A stretch of DNA of 64,000 nt, taken from the NCBI GenBank assembly GCA_965261395.1, contig OZ253462.1:4576001-4640000 (forward strand). Direction: 5' to 3'. This stretch comes from Candidatus Latescibacterota bacterium (lineage in GTDB: Bacteria; Latescibacterota; UBA2968; UBA8231). The notes beneath the pieces were generated by a model, which was not told the DNA's origin, searched no databases, and worked only from the letters and a program-made list of their open reading frames with translations. The position numbers were made by a program, and so were the translations under genes. Shown here piece after piece: positions 18,283 to 27,426 of this stretch; position 1 is the first letter of the stretch; every line of letters begins with the position of its first letter.

Positions 18283-20321
18283 GACGCGCGCTGCTCATCG
18301 GCGTGGTCCTAACCGTGCTCCTCGGCGTGGCGACCGGGCTGGGAGTGGGATACGCCATCTGGCGCATGGCCCCTAACTTGCCCAGCCTGCCCACTGATCC
18401 GCACGAGTTGGGCATCCGCCCTGGCACGGAGATGTACGCGGCTTCTGGCGAGCGCATCTACACCTTCAATCAGAGCCGCCAATGGGTCCCCCTCGAACAC
18501 ATCAGCCCCCACGTGGTACAAGCGCTCATTGCCACGGAAGACGCGCACTTTTACCACCACCGAGGCATCGACCTGATGGCCATTGCCGGCGCGATCCGCG
18601 ACAACCTGCGCAAGGGCGATCTCTCCCGTGGCGGCAGCACCTTGACCCAACAGCTCGTCAAGCGCCTGTTCTTTTCGCCAGAAAAAACCTTTGAACGCAA
18701 GCTCTCGGAAGCGCTCCTCGCCGTGCAACTAGAGGCGTTTTTTGCCGCCTCGTACCCAGACACCAACGCCGCTGGCCAACCCGCGTACAAAGATCGCCTC
18801 CTAGAGCTGTACCTCAATGAAGTCTTCTACGGCACCAATGCCTACGGCATTTACGATGCCGCGGTCACCTTCTTCAACACAACCCCAGACTCGATGAGCC
18901 TGCCCCGCGCCGCCATGCTCATCGGCCAAATCAACGCTCCAACCGCGTACAATCCCCTGCAGCATCCCCAACGGGCCGCCACCCGGATGCAACACGTGCT
19001 CGACCGTTTGGTCGCCAGCGGCTTTCTCGACTCGACGGCGCGCCGAGAATACGCCGCCCTGCGCACCGAAGACCTCATCGAACCCGGCTACCCGCCCCGC
19101 AACCCAGTGCCTTATTGGGTCGAAGCCATCAACGCGGAAATCGTCCAGCAGTGGGGGCCGTCGGCCCTGCACTACGGCAGCCTAAAGGTCTATACCACCT
19201 TGGACATCGCGATGCAAGAAGCGGCCGAAGAAGCGATGGCTAAGGGGATGGTCGAATTGGATGAGCGGCTGGGGTTTAAGCCCTATGCGGAAGCTTCAAT
19301 GGCCGAGCGCCCGGCCTACGTCCAAGGCGCGTTGGTGTGCCTATCGCCGACCGGGAACGTGCTGGCCATGGTCGGGGGCCGGGACATTTTCGTCAGCTAC
19401 TACAATCGGGCTCTAACCGCCCGCCGCCAGCCCGGCTCCGGCTTTAAGCCGATGGCCTACCTAGCAGCTTTGGAAGCGGGTGAGATCAGCCCGGTCACCG
19501 TCTTTAACGACCAGCCGCGCACCTATATCGTCAACGGGCAAAAGTGGGAACCACGCAACTACGGCGGCCGCTATTTGGGGCAGACGACCGCGGCGTGGGC
19601 CTTAGTTCGCTCGGCCAACTCCACGGCTGTACAAATCTCCGAGCGCGTCGGCCCGGACCGCGTCGTCGAGATCGCCCACCGCTTGGGGTTTGCCGGGCCA
19701 ATAGGGGCCTACAAGAGCATTGCCTTGGGCGTTGCCGAAGTCACCGTGTTGGAAATGGCTACGGCGTACGGAACTTTTGCCAACTACGGATTGCAGGTGA
19801 CGCCGACCTTGATAGAGCGCATCGTCGATACCGACGGCCTATCGATCTTTACCCATCAGTCGCAGATCCGCCAAGTTATCGCGCCCGACCTCGCCGCGCA
19901 GATGGTCCACCTTTTGCGCCAAGCCGTAGACCGCGGCACCGGCCGCCGAGTGCGCACCTTGGGCTTTGCACGGCCAGCCGCCGGCAAGACCGGCACGACC
20001 AACGACAATACCGACGCTTGGTTCACCGGCTTCACACCGGACTTAGTAGCCAGCGTCTGGGTGGGGTTCGACGACCGCCACACCCATAAATTGGTGGATA
20101 CGCGCGGGGTGCAAATCACCGGCGGCAACGGGGCCGCGCCCATCTGGACGGATTTTATGATCGCGGTAAACGAGGGACTGCCGGAAAAGGATTTTGACGT
20201 GCCCGAAGACGTGACAATCTACGACGTGGATTCCCGCACCGGCCAAGAGCGTTCGGATCCCAACAAGGATGGGGTTCAGCCGCTGTCTGTGGCCTTGCGC
20301 CGGGGCGAGCGGCCCAACTGA
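18279..20321 (+). CDS. Class A penicillin-binding protein (PBP1A family)
   Basis: EDAHF, GGSTLTQQL, RKLSE; transpeptidase SGFK, SAN, KTGT. Confidence 0.93.
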   Translation: MRRALLIGVVLTVLLGVATGLGVGYAIWRMAPNLPSLPTDPHELGIRPGTEMYAASGERIYTFNQSRQWVPLEHISPHVVQALIATEDAHFYHHRGIDLMAIAGAIRDNLRKGDLSRGGSTLTQQLVKRLFFSPEKTFERKLSEALLAVQLEAFFAASYPDTNAAGQPAYKDRLLELYLNEVFYGTNAYGIYDAAVTFFNTTPDSMSLPRAAMLIGQINAPTAYNPLQHPQRAATRMQHVLDRLVASGFLDSTARREYAALRTEDLIEPGYPPRNPVPYWVEAINAEIVQQWGPSALHYGSLKVYTTLDIAMQEAAEEAMAKGMVELDERLGFKPYAEASMAERPAYVQGALVCLSPTGNVLAMVGGRDIFVSYYNRALTARRQPGSGFKPMAYLAALEAGEISPVTVFNDQPRTYIVNGQKWEPRNYGGRYLGQTTAAWALVRSANSTAVQISERVGPDRVVEIAHRLGFAGPIGAYKSIALGVAEVTVLEMATAYGTFANYGLQVTPTLIERIVDTDGLSIFTHQSQIRQVIAPDLAAQMVHLLRQAVDRGTGRRVRTLGFARPAAGKTGTTNDNTDAWFTGFTPDLVASVWVGFDDRHTHKLVDTRGVQITGGNGAAPIWTDFMIAVNEGLPEKDFDVPEDVTIYDVDSRTGQERSDPNKDGVQPLSVALRRGERPN

Positions 20322-20326
20322 AGGAT

Positions 20327-21433
20327 TCAGCAGACTGCGGCTAGGATTTCGCTCACCCGCCGCGCCACAATGTCTTCCTCGCCAGGCTCCATCATATAGG
20401 GATTGATCCCAAAGCCGCTCTCGTGGGCGGCGATCTCGATGCGCGGCTGGCCGGTCGATAGTTGGCGCGCCAGCTCGCGGCCGCTGAGAGCTAGCTGGTC
20501 TCGATCCCAGCGCACCGCCAAGTTCGGCGCAACATTCGAGCGCCCGGGCTGATTGACTTGCGTCGCCACCGAGGGAAACGGCTCCACTGCCGCCGCTATC
20601 GCCGCCAAGCACCGCTCCCACTCCCGCCACTCGGCTGCGTGGTCGCGCACCACCCACTGCTCCACCGCTGCCAACAGCCCCATAATTTCTTCCTTGCCCG
20701 CCTTCATCGGCCTCCCCAGCGCGTGGTGCGGTGCCCCGTTGAGGAAGGCCGCTTGCAACAACTCCTTGCGCCCCAAGACCAAACCCGACGCCTGCGGCCC
20801 GCGCAGGCACTTGCCGCCCGAGTACGCCACTGCATCGGCTCCCTGCTCCAGATACCAGTTGGGCGCGTCCGGCCGCTCGGCGGCTGCATCGACTAAGGTC
20901 GGCACACCATGCCGCTGCCCGGCTGCCGCCATGTCCGCCACCGAGATCGGCCCCCGTTCGGCCGCATCGCCAAACACCAACAGCATGGCCGTGCGGTCTG
21001 ACAAGGCCGCTTCAAGCGCGGCGAGCGTCTCGACCTCGACTATTTCGACGCCGACCATGCGCACGGCGTGATCGTACACGTGGCGGTGGCTCGGCTGGAC
21101 GAGGACTTGGTTTTTCATACCCGTAGTGTCGGGCAACCGCGCCATTTTCTCGGGATCCGTGCCGGCCACGCAAGCGGCCGTAACTTGGCACAACGCCGCG
21201 GCGCAACCATTGGTAATCAGCCCCCACTCGCACTGCATCAGCTCGCCGATGCGCGCTCCGACGGCCTCCATCAGCTCGTCGAGATGGACGTATTCTTTGG
21301 AGGCCTCGACCATAGCTTGCCGCACTTCGGGCAGTATTAGCGAGCCGCTGATGATGGTATAGGTCCCTTGACAGTTGATCAGGGGACGCACGCCGAGGCT
21401 TTCGTAGGTTGGATGCACTGAGGAGCTGCTCAT
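20327..21433 (-). CDS. SelA-like / DgaE-family PLP-dependent enzyme
   Basis: LGVRPLINCQGTYT, VDAAAE, YSGGKCLRGPQ, GRPMKAGKEE. Confidence 0.82.
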   Translation of the reverse strand: MSSSSVHPTYESLGVRPLINCQGTYTIISGSLILPEVRQAMVEASKEYVHLDELMEAVGARIGELMQCEWGLITNGCAAALCQVTAACVAGTDPEKMARLPDTTGMKNQVLVQPSHRHVYDHAVRMVGVEIVEVETLAALEAALSDRTAMLLVFGDAAERGPISVADMAAAGQRHGVPTLVDAAAERPDAPNWYLEQGADAVAYSGGKCLRGPQASGLVLGRKELLQAAFLNGAPHHALGRPMKAGKEEIMGLLAAVEQWVVRDHAAEWREWERCLAAIAAAVEPFPSVATQVNQPGRSNVAPNLAVRWDRDQLALSGRELARQLSTGQPRIEIAAHESGFGINPYMMEPGEEDIVARRVSEILAAVC

Positions 21434-21491
21434 TAGTAGTTTTTCTTTAGAAAAGCCTGCCGATCAATCTATCCACGCTCGGCAGGTCAAT

Positions 21492-21516
21492 GTAGGGCAT
21501 CCCTCGCGGAGGCCCT
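21492..21516. repeat. REP-like GTAG palindrome
   Basis: GTAGGGCATCCCTCGCGGAGGCCCT imperfect hairpin. Confidence 0.4.
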
Positions 21517-21523
21517 CTTTAGG

Positions 21524-22765
21524 TCAAAACAAATCGTCCGCATAGCCCGCCAAACAGTGCTCCAGCGCCGCCATCCCTGCGCTGGTATCCACACTGGCCC
21601 CCTCGTGCGCTAAGGCACCGCCCAAAGCGTGCAACACGCGGAACAGGTGAGGTGCTCGGCATTGCTCGCCCATCTGGCCGATGCGCACGATGTCGAGGCC
21701 AAAGGCCCCGGAGATTTCGACGTGAAAGAGGTTTGACATATCGGCGCGCACTCGGGCGTTATCCACCCCGGCGGGCACTTGGATTGCCACCACCGAGTTG
21801 AGGCGGATAGCACGCGGCGCGGCCAGCACCAGCCCCATCTTCTCGATACCAGCTTGTAGCGCCAGCGACGAGTGCCGATGCCGCGCAAAGCGGCGCTCCA
21901 GCGTCTCCTCGCAGACCAGCCACAGGGCCTCGTGCAAAGCCAACAGCCCCGAGACCGGCGCGGTGTAGTGGTACTGATGGTGCTGCCAAAAGTTTTGCGC
22001 CCGCAAGGCGTCCAAGCACCAGTGCGGCTTAGGACCGGGATGCTGCTGCACCTGCTCCCAAGCCGCGTCGGAAAAGGCGATTAGCGCCACACCCGGCAGC
22101 GACGACAGGCCCTTCTGGCTGCCAGTGAAAACCACGTCAATGCCCCAAGCGTCCTTTTCCAACGGCATGGTACTCAAGGTGCAGACCGCATCGACGACCG
22201 CTAGCGCCCCGTGCTCTCGACACAAGCGGGCAATCGCCGGTAGCTCGGTCGTACAGACGCCGCTGGAGGTCTCGCCCTGTACCATCGTCACCACGTCGTA
22301 GCGCTGACTCTTGAGACGCTCGGCAACGCGCTCGGCGCAGACGGCTTGCCCTTCCGGCACGGCCAGCACTTCGACCTCAGCCCCCACCCCAATCGCCATT
22401 TCGGCAAAGCGCCCGCTAAACCAGCCGTTTTGCAGCACCAAGACCCGGCGACCCGGCCAGAGCAGGTTGCCCATCGCCATCTCCATGGCCGCCGACGCCG
22501 GCCCCCCAATCCCCAAGATGTGCTCGTCGGCCGTCTGAAAGGCATAGCTAGCCAATTGCTTGATGTGATCAACCAGCCGATCCATCGTCGGCCCCAAGTG
22601 GTTGATGACCATGCCACCCGCCCGCGCGACCGCCGCCGCCACCGGCACCGGCCCAGCCCCCATCAGCAGCAGCGGCTCGGCCGGCAGAAGTTGGTCCAGC
22701 GATGGAAGCGCGGGGGCCTCTATGTCACAAGCACCGCGCTGCGACTCTACATTCCCCATTCCCAA
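21524..22765 (-). CDS. Class V aminotransferase (alanine-glyoxylate/serine-pyruvate family)
   Basis: LLMGAGP, ETSSG, VDAV, GSQKGLS, YHYTAP, RIGQMG. Confidence 0.9.
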   Translation of the reverse strand: MGMGNVESQRGACDIEAPALPSLDQLLPAEPLLLMGAGPVPVAAAVARAGGMVINHLGPTMDRLVDHIKQLASYAFQTADEHILGIGGPASAAMEMAMGNLLWPGRRVLVLQNGWFSGRFAEMAIGVGAEVEVLAVPEGQAVCAERVAERLKSQRYDVVTMVQGETSSGVCTTELPAIARLCREHGALAVVDAVCTLSTMPLEKDAWGIDVVFTGSQKGLSSLPGVALIAFSDAAWEQVQQHPGPKPHWCLDALRAQNFWQHHQYHYTAPVSGLLALHEALWLVCEETLERRFARHRHSSLALQAGIEKMGLVLAAPRAIRLNSVVAIQVPAGVDNARVRADMSNLFHVEISGAFGLDIVRIGQMGEQCRAPHLFRVLHALGGALAHEGASVDTSAGMAALEHCLAGYADDLF

Positions 22766-22768
22766 TTC

Positions 22769-24163
22769 CTAATAGTTAATCGCCTCGCCAAAGGCCTGCC
22801 CGGCCGCTTCCATCACAGCCTCGGACAGCGTCGGATGGGCGTGCATGGTACCCAAAAGCTCCTCGTATGTGGCTTCGAGCCGGAGCGCCAACGTCAATTC
22901 GGCGATTAATTCCGTGGCCTCGGCCCCCAGAATGGCCCCGCCCAACAACTCGCCGTAGCGCGCGTCAAAAACCAGTTTGACCAGCCCTTCGGTTTCCCCG
23001 GCCGCTTGCCCCTTGCCACTAGCCGCAAACGGAAAGCGCCCGACCTTGACGTCGTAGCCAGCTTCGCGCGCTTGGCTTTCGCTCAGACCGACGCTGGCCA
23101 CCTGCGGCTGGCAATAAATGCAGTTGGGCACTTGAAGCGGGTCCAAGGTGGGCCGGTCGCGGCCAGCTATAAATTCGACGGCTGCAATCCCCTCCTGCGT
23201 GGCCACGTGCGCCAACAGCAGCGGGCCGGCCACGTCGCCAATCGCGTAGATGCCCTTGGCGCTGGTCTGCATCCGCTCATCGACCACAATCGCGCCGTCG
23301 CGGGTGCGGATGCCCAGCGCTTCCAGCCCCAGCCCCTCGATATTGCCCTGGACCCCGGTGGCGACCAGCACATGATCTACTCTCCGCGTCTGCTCTGCCT
23401 CGCCGACCCGGTAGCGCAACGCGACCCCGCGCTTTTGTCTTTTGACTTCCTCGACCCTGGCTTTGGTCACCACTTCGATTCCCTGCTGTGCCAAGCTCTC
23501 GGCCAGCCCTGCGGCGATTTCCTCGTCTTCGCGCGGCAAGACCTGGGGCAGGGCTTCCAAGAGCAGCACCTTGCTGCCAAAGGCTCGGTAGAAATAGGCA
23601 AATTCCACGCCGATGGCCCCGGCCCCGATGATGGCGAGGGAGGTGGGCTGCTTGGCGACGACCATGGCCTCGCGGCTGGCGATAATCCGCTCGCCGTCGA
23701 ATTCGACGCCCGGAATGGATTTGGGGCGGGCACCAGTAGCTAGCACCACATGCGCGGCCTCCAGCTCGGCCACGACCTCGCCCTCGGCATCCTCGACCGC
23801 GACTTGGCGGCTGGGCGTCAACCGACCCCTTCCAGCGAATACCTCAACTTGGTTCTTCTGCATCAGATAGGCCACGCCTTTGGACAACTGCTCAGCGACT
23901 TGGCGGCTCCGGCCAATGACCGCATCCCAATCCACCTCGGGCTTATCAACGCGCAAGCCGAATTCCTCGGCGCGCAAGAAAAGCTGATACACTTCGGCTT
24001 GCTTGAGCAGGGCCTTGGTGGGAATGCAGCCCCAATTGAGACAGGTGCCGCCCAACTCGGCATCTTCAATAAGCGCGGTTTTTAACCCCAACTGCCGCGC
24101 GCGAATGGCGGCTGAATACCCGCCTGGGCCGCCGCCGATAACTACCACATCATACGCTGCCAT
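22769..24163 (-). CDS. lpdA: Dihydrolipoyl dehydrogenase
   Basis: GGGPGGY, GGTCLNWGCIPTK, GAGAIG, HAHPTLSE. Confidence 0.96.
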   Translation of the reverse strand: MAAYDVVVIGGGPGGYSAAIRARQLGLKTALIEDAELGGTCLNWGCIPTKALLKQAEVYQLFLRAEEFGLRVDKPEVDWDAVIGRSRQVAEQLSKGVAYLMQKNQVEVFAGRGRLTPSRQVAVEDAEGEVVAELEAAHVVLATGARPKSIPGVEFDGERIIASREAMVVAKQPTSLAIIGAGAIGVEFAYFYRAFGSKVLLLEALPQVLPREDEEIAAGLAESLAQQGIEVVTKARVEEVKRQKRGVALRYRVGEAEQTRRVDHVLVATGVQGNIEGLGLEALGIRTRDGAIVVDERMQTSAKGIYAIGDVAGPLLLAHVATQEGIAAVEFIAGRDRPTLDPLQVPNCIYCQPQVASVGLSESQAREAGYDVKVGRFPFAASGKGQAAGETEGLVKLVFDARYGELLGGAILGAEATELIAELTLALRLEATYEELLGTMHAHPTLSEAVMEAAGQAFGEAINY

Positions 24164-24364
24164 ATTGCATTTTCTCTCTAAGGTTCGGATAAAGGAAGCC
24201 TCTAATCTAAAGGCAATCACCTTGGGCACAAATAGAACTGACACCTACGGCGGCAGAGAACCATGAATACCCGCCTCAATTGCCCCCGCCCGCGCCGCCG
24301 TGTTTTATTATAGCAATCCTGCATGATTGAACGATTCGAGATGCGGATCGTCTTGTTTCTACTA

Positions 24365-24410
24365 TTCTGCGTCCATCTGCGTCCATCTGCGTCCATCTGC
24401 GGATCATCTT
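24365..24410. repeat. Tandem ATCTGCGTCC decamers
   Basis: (T/A)TCTGCGTCC x3 followed by ATCTGCGGATCATCTT. Confidence 0.8.
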
Positions 24411-24427
24411 TAATAAAGGCAATCCCA

Positions 24428-24904
24428 GTGATACAACAGCAAACCAACCTCTCGCAAACACTGACCATTTTCACCGACGGTGCCTGTTCGTGCAACCCAG
24501 GGCCAGGCGGCTGGGCGGCACGGCTGCTCTACGGCGCTGGCCGCATCGTGGAGCTGGGCGGCTTTGCCCCGAAGACGACCAACAACCGCATGGAACTGCA
24601 AGCGGCCATCGAGGGTCTCTGCGCCGCCCCATCCGGTGTCGCTATCACGCTAGTTACAGACAGCGAGTACCTACGCAGGGGCATTACCGAGTGGATTCAC
24701 GGCTGGAAGAGGCGGGACTGGCACACATCCACTAAAAAGCCCGTGCTCAACCAAGACCTGTGGCGTACCCTAGACGAACTCAACACACCCGCCGTCCAGT
24801 GGCGACACACCCAAGGCCACGCCGGCGACCCAGACAACGAACGCTGCGACCAGATCGCCCAAGCATTTTCGCGCGGGGAGACGCCTTCCCTGCACAACGC
24901 TTAA
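24428..24904 (+). CDS. rnhA: Ribonuclease HI
   Basis: FTDGACSCNPGPGGW, TTNNRMEL, TDSEY, NQDLW, GHAG..NERCD; exact start uncertain. Confidence 0.93.
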   Translation: MIQQQTNLSQTLTIFTDGACSCNPGPGGWAARLLYGAGRIVELGGFAPKTTNNRMELQAAIEGLCAAPSGVAITLVTDSEYLRRGITEWIHGWKRRDWHTSTKKPVLNQDLWRTLDELNTPAVQWRHTQGHAGDPDNERCDQIAQAFSRGETPSLHNA

Positions 24905-24930
24905 CCTGCCCATCACCGAAAGGATTGACC

Positions 24931-25701
24931 ATGCTCTACAGTCTGCTCTTCGCCCTCGCTCTCGCTGGTCCCGCCAGCACCCAAGAGTCCACCCGTGTCC
25001 AAACCCCGCCTGATGAGCTACCCACCTACCAAGTCCTCCGCACTGACCAAGGGATCCAAGTCGATGGCCGCCTCGACGAGGCCGACTGGCAGCGCGCCGT
25101 ACCCATTGACTTTGTAATGCCTTGGAGCGACCTCGAAAAAGAGGAACCGCAATCCACGACCGCTCGCTTGCTCTGGGACGACGACAACCTCTACATCATC
25201 TACGAGTGCGTCGATCCGTACCTGCATTCAGAAGTAACCGAGCACGATGGAGCGGTGTACCAAGAGGACGCCGTCGAGATTTTCGCCACCCCCAACATGG
25301 AAGTCCCCGGCAACTACTATGGCTATGAGATGAACATCAACGGCACCTTGCTCGACTACGTCGCCTTCCGCGGCGGCAAGGAGCGCACCAAGGCCATTCA
25401 TCCGTCCTGGCAGAACGAAGGCGTCGTCATTGCCACGACCTACGATGGCACCCTCAACGACCACTCGGACACCGACCAAAGCTGGATTCTCGAAATCTCC
25501 ATCCCCCACGACAACTTCCGCCACTTGGGTGGACGAATCCCGCCCCAAGACGGTGACCAATGGCGCGCCGGACTCAACCGCACCAAGGGCTACCAAGGCC
25601 AATTTGGGCTGTGGTCTGATACCGGCACGCCCCAAGCCGACTTCCACCGCGCCACCCGGTTCGGCATCCTCACCTTCTCTGACGCCGTCGTCGGCCGCTG
25701 A
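24931..25701 (+). CDS. Carbohydrate-binding family 9-like secreted protein
   Basis: Signal peptide; IQVDGRLDEADW, LLWDDDNLY, EDAVEIF, WILEISIP. Confidence 0.82.
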   Translation: MLYSLLFALALAGPASTQESTRVQTPPDELPTYQVLRTDQGIQVDGRLDEADWQRAVPIDFVMPWSDLEKEEPQSTTARLLWDDDNLYIIYECVDPYLHSEVTEHDGAVYQEDAVEIFATPNMEVPGNYYGYEMNINGTLLDYVAFRGGKERTKAIHPSWQNEGVVIATTYDGTLNDHSDTDQSWILEISIPHDNFRHLGGRIPPQDGDQWRAGLNRTKGYQGQFGLWSDTGTPQADFHRATRFGILTFSDAVVGR

Positions 25702-25781
25702 AGGGCTGCGGGGGTCGGACAGTGGAACTCTATGGGCGTCGTGCTGACAGATAAAATCGTGGACTGGTATCAGCAACTTGT

Positions 25782-25821
25782 CCCTCCCCAAGACAGGGAT
25801 AGGGGCCTGTCTTGGGGAGGG
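25782..25821. terminator. 16-bp stem hairpin between convergent genes
   Basis: CCCTCCCCAAGACAGG-N8-CCTGTCTTGGGGAGGG; no U tract. Confidence 0.5.
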
Positions 25822-25877
25822 TGCTGGCATATTATGATTATTTTACGTCGGAATTGTCGCGGACAGTGCTCGACACT

Positions 25878-26489
25878 CTAAGGTTCAACACCGAAGAGAA
25901 TAAGCGGAACAGCGGGAACGCCACGCCCCTGCCGCAAGACGTTCGTTAGGTCCCGCTCGTAGTAGGGAACGCCTGAAGACATCTCCCTCTCTAGGGACTT
26001 CATAGGCAGAATTTCAATGCCCAAATCTATGATGTTAGAGACAAAGAAAGCGAGATGCTTCACAAATAGGTCGTGCGCCACAAACGCGTACTTTCCGAAC
26101 TGAACTTCGACCACCACGCGTTCTTTCACGAAATCTGATTGATTGTAGGAATAAATCGGCTCAAGCCCTGCATCGACAATGCGTTGCTTCTGTTCATCGG
26201 GAGGAAGCCCAATTATCCCCCGGACAACCTGCTCGTCCTTCGTCACCCAAAATTCCGCCCGCCGCTCTTTCCAACCGCGCTTGCCTAACTCGTCTTTGAA
26301 CCTCTGGTTCATATCCACGGGCGAGAAAAGCAATCGCCCTTTTCTCGTTTTCTCTTGGGATTTCTTGGTGCGACACGAGTTCGCATCCACGCTATCTATG
26401 ACTTCATGGATTTCGGCCCAGAGCTTTGGATGCCGGAAGCGCAAAAACTCCTCTCCATTCAGGTGGGAGTAATAGGCCGCCACCTTCAT
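25878..26489 (-). CDS. BglII/BstYI-family type II restriction endonuclease
   Basis: YSHLNGEEFL, NQSDFVKERVVVEVQFGKY, GIEILPMK..MSSG. Confidence 0.85.
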   Translation of the reverse strand: MKVAAYYSHLNGEEFLRFRHPKLWAEIHEVIDSVDANSCRTKKSQEKTRKGRLLFSPVDMNQRFKDELGKRGWKERRAEFWVTKDEQVVRGIIGLPPDEQKQRIVDAGLEPIYSYNQSDFVKERVVVEVQFGKYAFVAHDLFVKHLAFFVSNIIDLGIEILPMKSLEREMSSGVPYYERDLTNVLRQGRGVPAVPLILFGVEP

Positions 26490-26491
26490 CT

Positions 26492-27415
26492 TCAGTGCCC
26501 ACCATTTGGTTTTGTCGGGTCGTACACGGGCTTCCCCATTGGGCGAGTTCGCAGCGTCCCATTCGCAAGGGCCTGCACTCGTTGCCACGCGATGTCCACG
26601 TACGCTTGCTCAATGTCGCAGCCGTATCCGACGCGACTGTGGAGCAGCGCAGCAAGAACCGAAGACCCAACACCCATGTACGGATCAAACACGCAATCAC
26701 CCTCATCAGTTAGCGCGAGTACGAGCCGTTCGACCAATTCTACGGGGAATTGACAGGGGTGAATTGTCTTCTCGACGTGGTTGCTCTTAACGTTTGGAAA
26801 GACCCACACATCGCCGGGGTTTTTTCCCTTTGGATTGCCAGACAGTTTGCCGGCATTCGGCCCTTTGAAATGTCGCTTCTTGGGGTACTTCGACGGGACG
26901 CGAATCGCATCCAAATTGAACGTGTAGGTATCGCTTTTAGTCCACCAGTTGATCGTTTCGTAGCGACCCGAAAGCCTCTTGCTGCAGTGCAGGCCATGCT
27001 CAAAGTGCCAGACGATGCGGTTTCGGAGCTTAAATCCATGAGATTTGAATACCGGATACAAGACCACATCGAGCGGCACGATCTCGCCTTGGGCTACGTA
27101 GTTGCCCGTCTGCCAGCAGATCGATCCCGCTGGATCCAGCAAGCGGGCACACGCCTTGACTACTGTTTCTTGCTGGCGGACATACGCCTCCAAGGGTGCC
27201 TTCTTCTCGTAGTCCTTGCCGATATTGTAGGGAGGCGACGTGACGATCAGCTTCATGGATTCGCTTGCCAAACCCTCCATGAAGCGCAGGTTGTCTTGGC
27301 AAGCGATGTGCGGAGCCGTTCCCTTGAGCCGCGCTTTCGCCTGTTGCTCTGGCGTCTCGCTACTTGGCGGGAACAAGCCGAGCGTCATTGTGGCGGCCGA
27401 TTCACCGGTACGCAT
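26492..27415 (-). CDS. Site-specific DNA methyltransferase (N4-C/N6-A, beta class)
   Basis: TSPPYN precedes HPCQFP and DPYMGVGS. Confidence 0.92.
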   Translation of the reverse strand: MRTGESAATMTLGLFPPSSETPEQQAKARLKGTAPHIACQDNLRFMEGLASESMKLIVTSPPYNIGKDYEKKAPLEAYVRQQETVVKACARLLDPAGSICWQTGNYVAQGEIVPLDVVLYPVFKSHGFKLRNRIVWHFEHGLHCSKRLSGRYETINWWTKSDTYTFNLDAIRVPSKYPKKRHFKGPNAGKLSGNPKGKNPGDVWVFPNVKSNHVEKTIHPCQFPVELVERLVLALTDEGDCVFDPYMGVGSSVLAALLHSRVGYGCDIEQAYVDIAWQRVQALANGTLRTRPMGKPVYDPTKPNGGH

Positions 27416-27426
27416 CGCACCCTCCC

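Noticed and set aside
20327-21433. True selA
   Set aside because: Too short, lacks the N-terminal tRNA-binding domain, and no selB/selC nearby.
24365-24410. Possible CRISPR array
   Set aside because: Contiguous 10-bp units with no spacers and no cas genes in the window.
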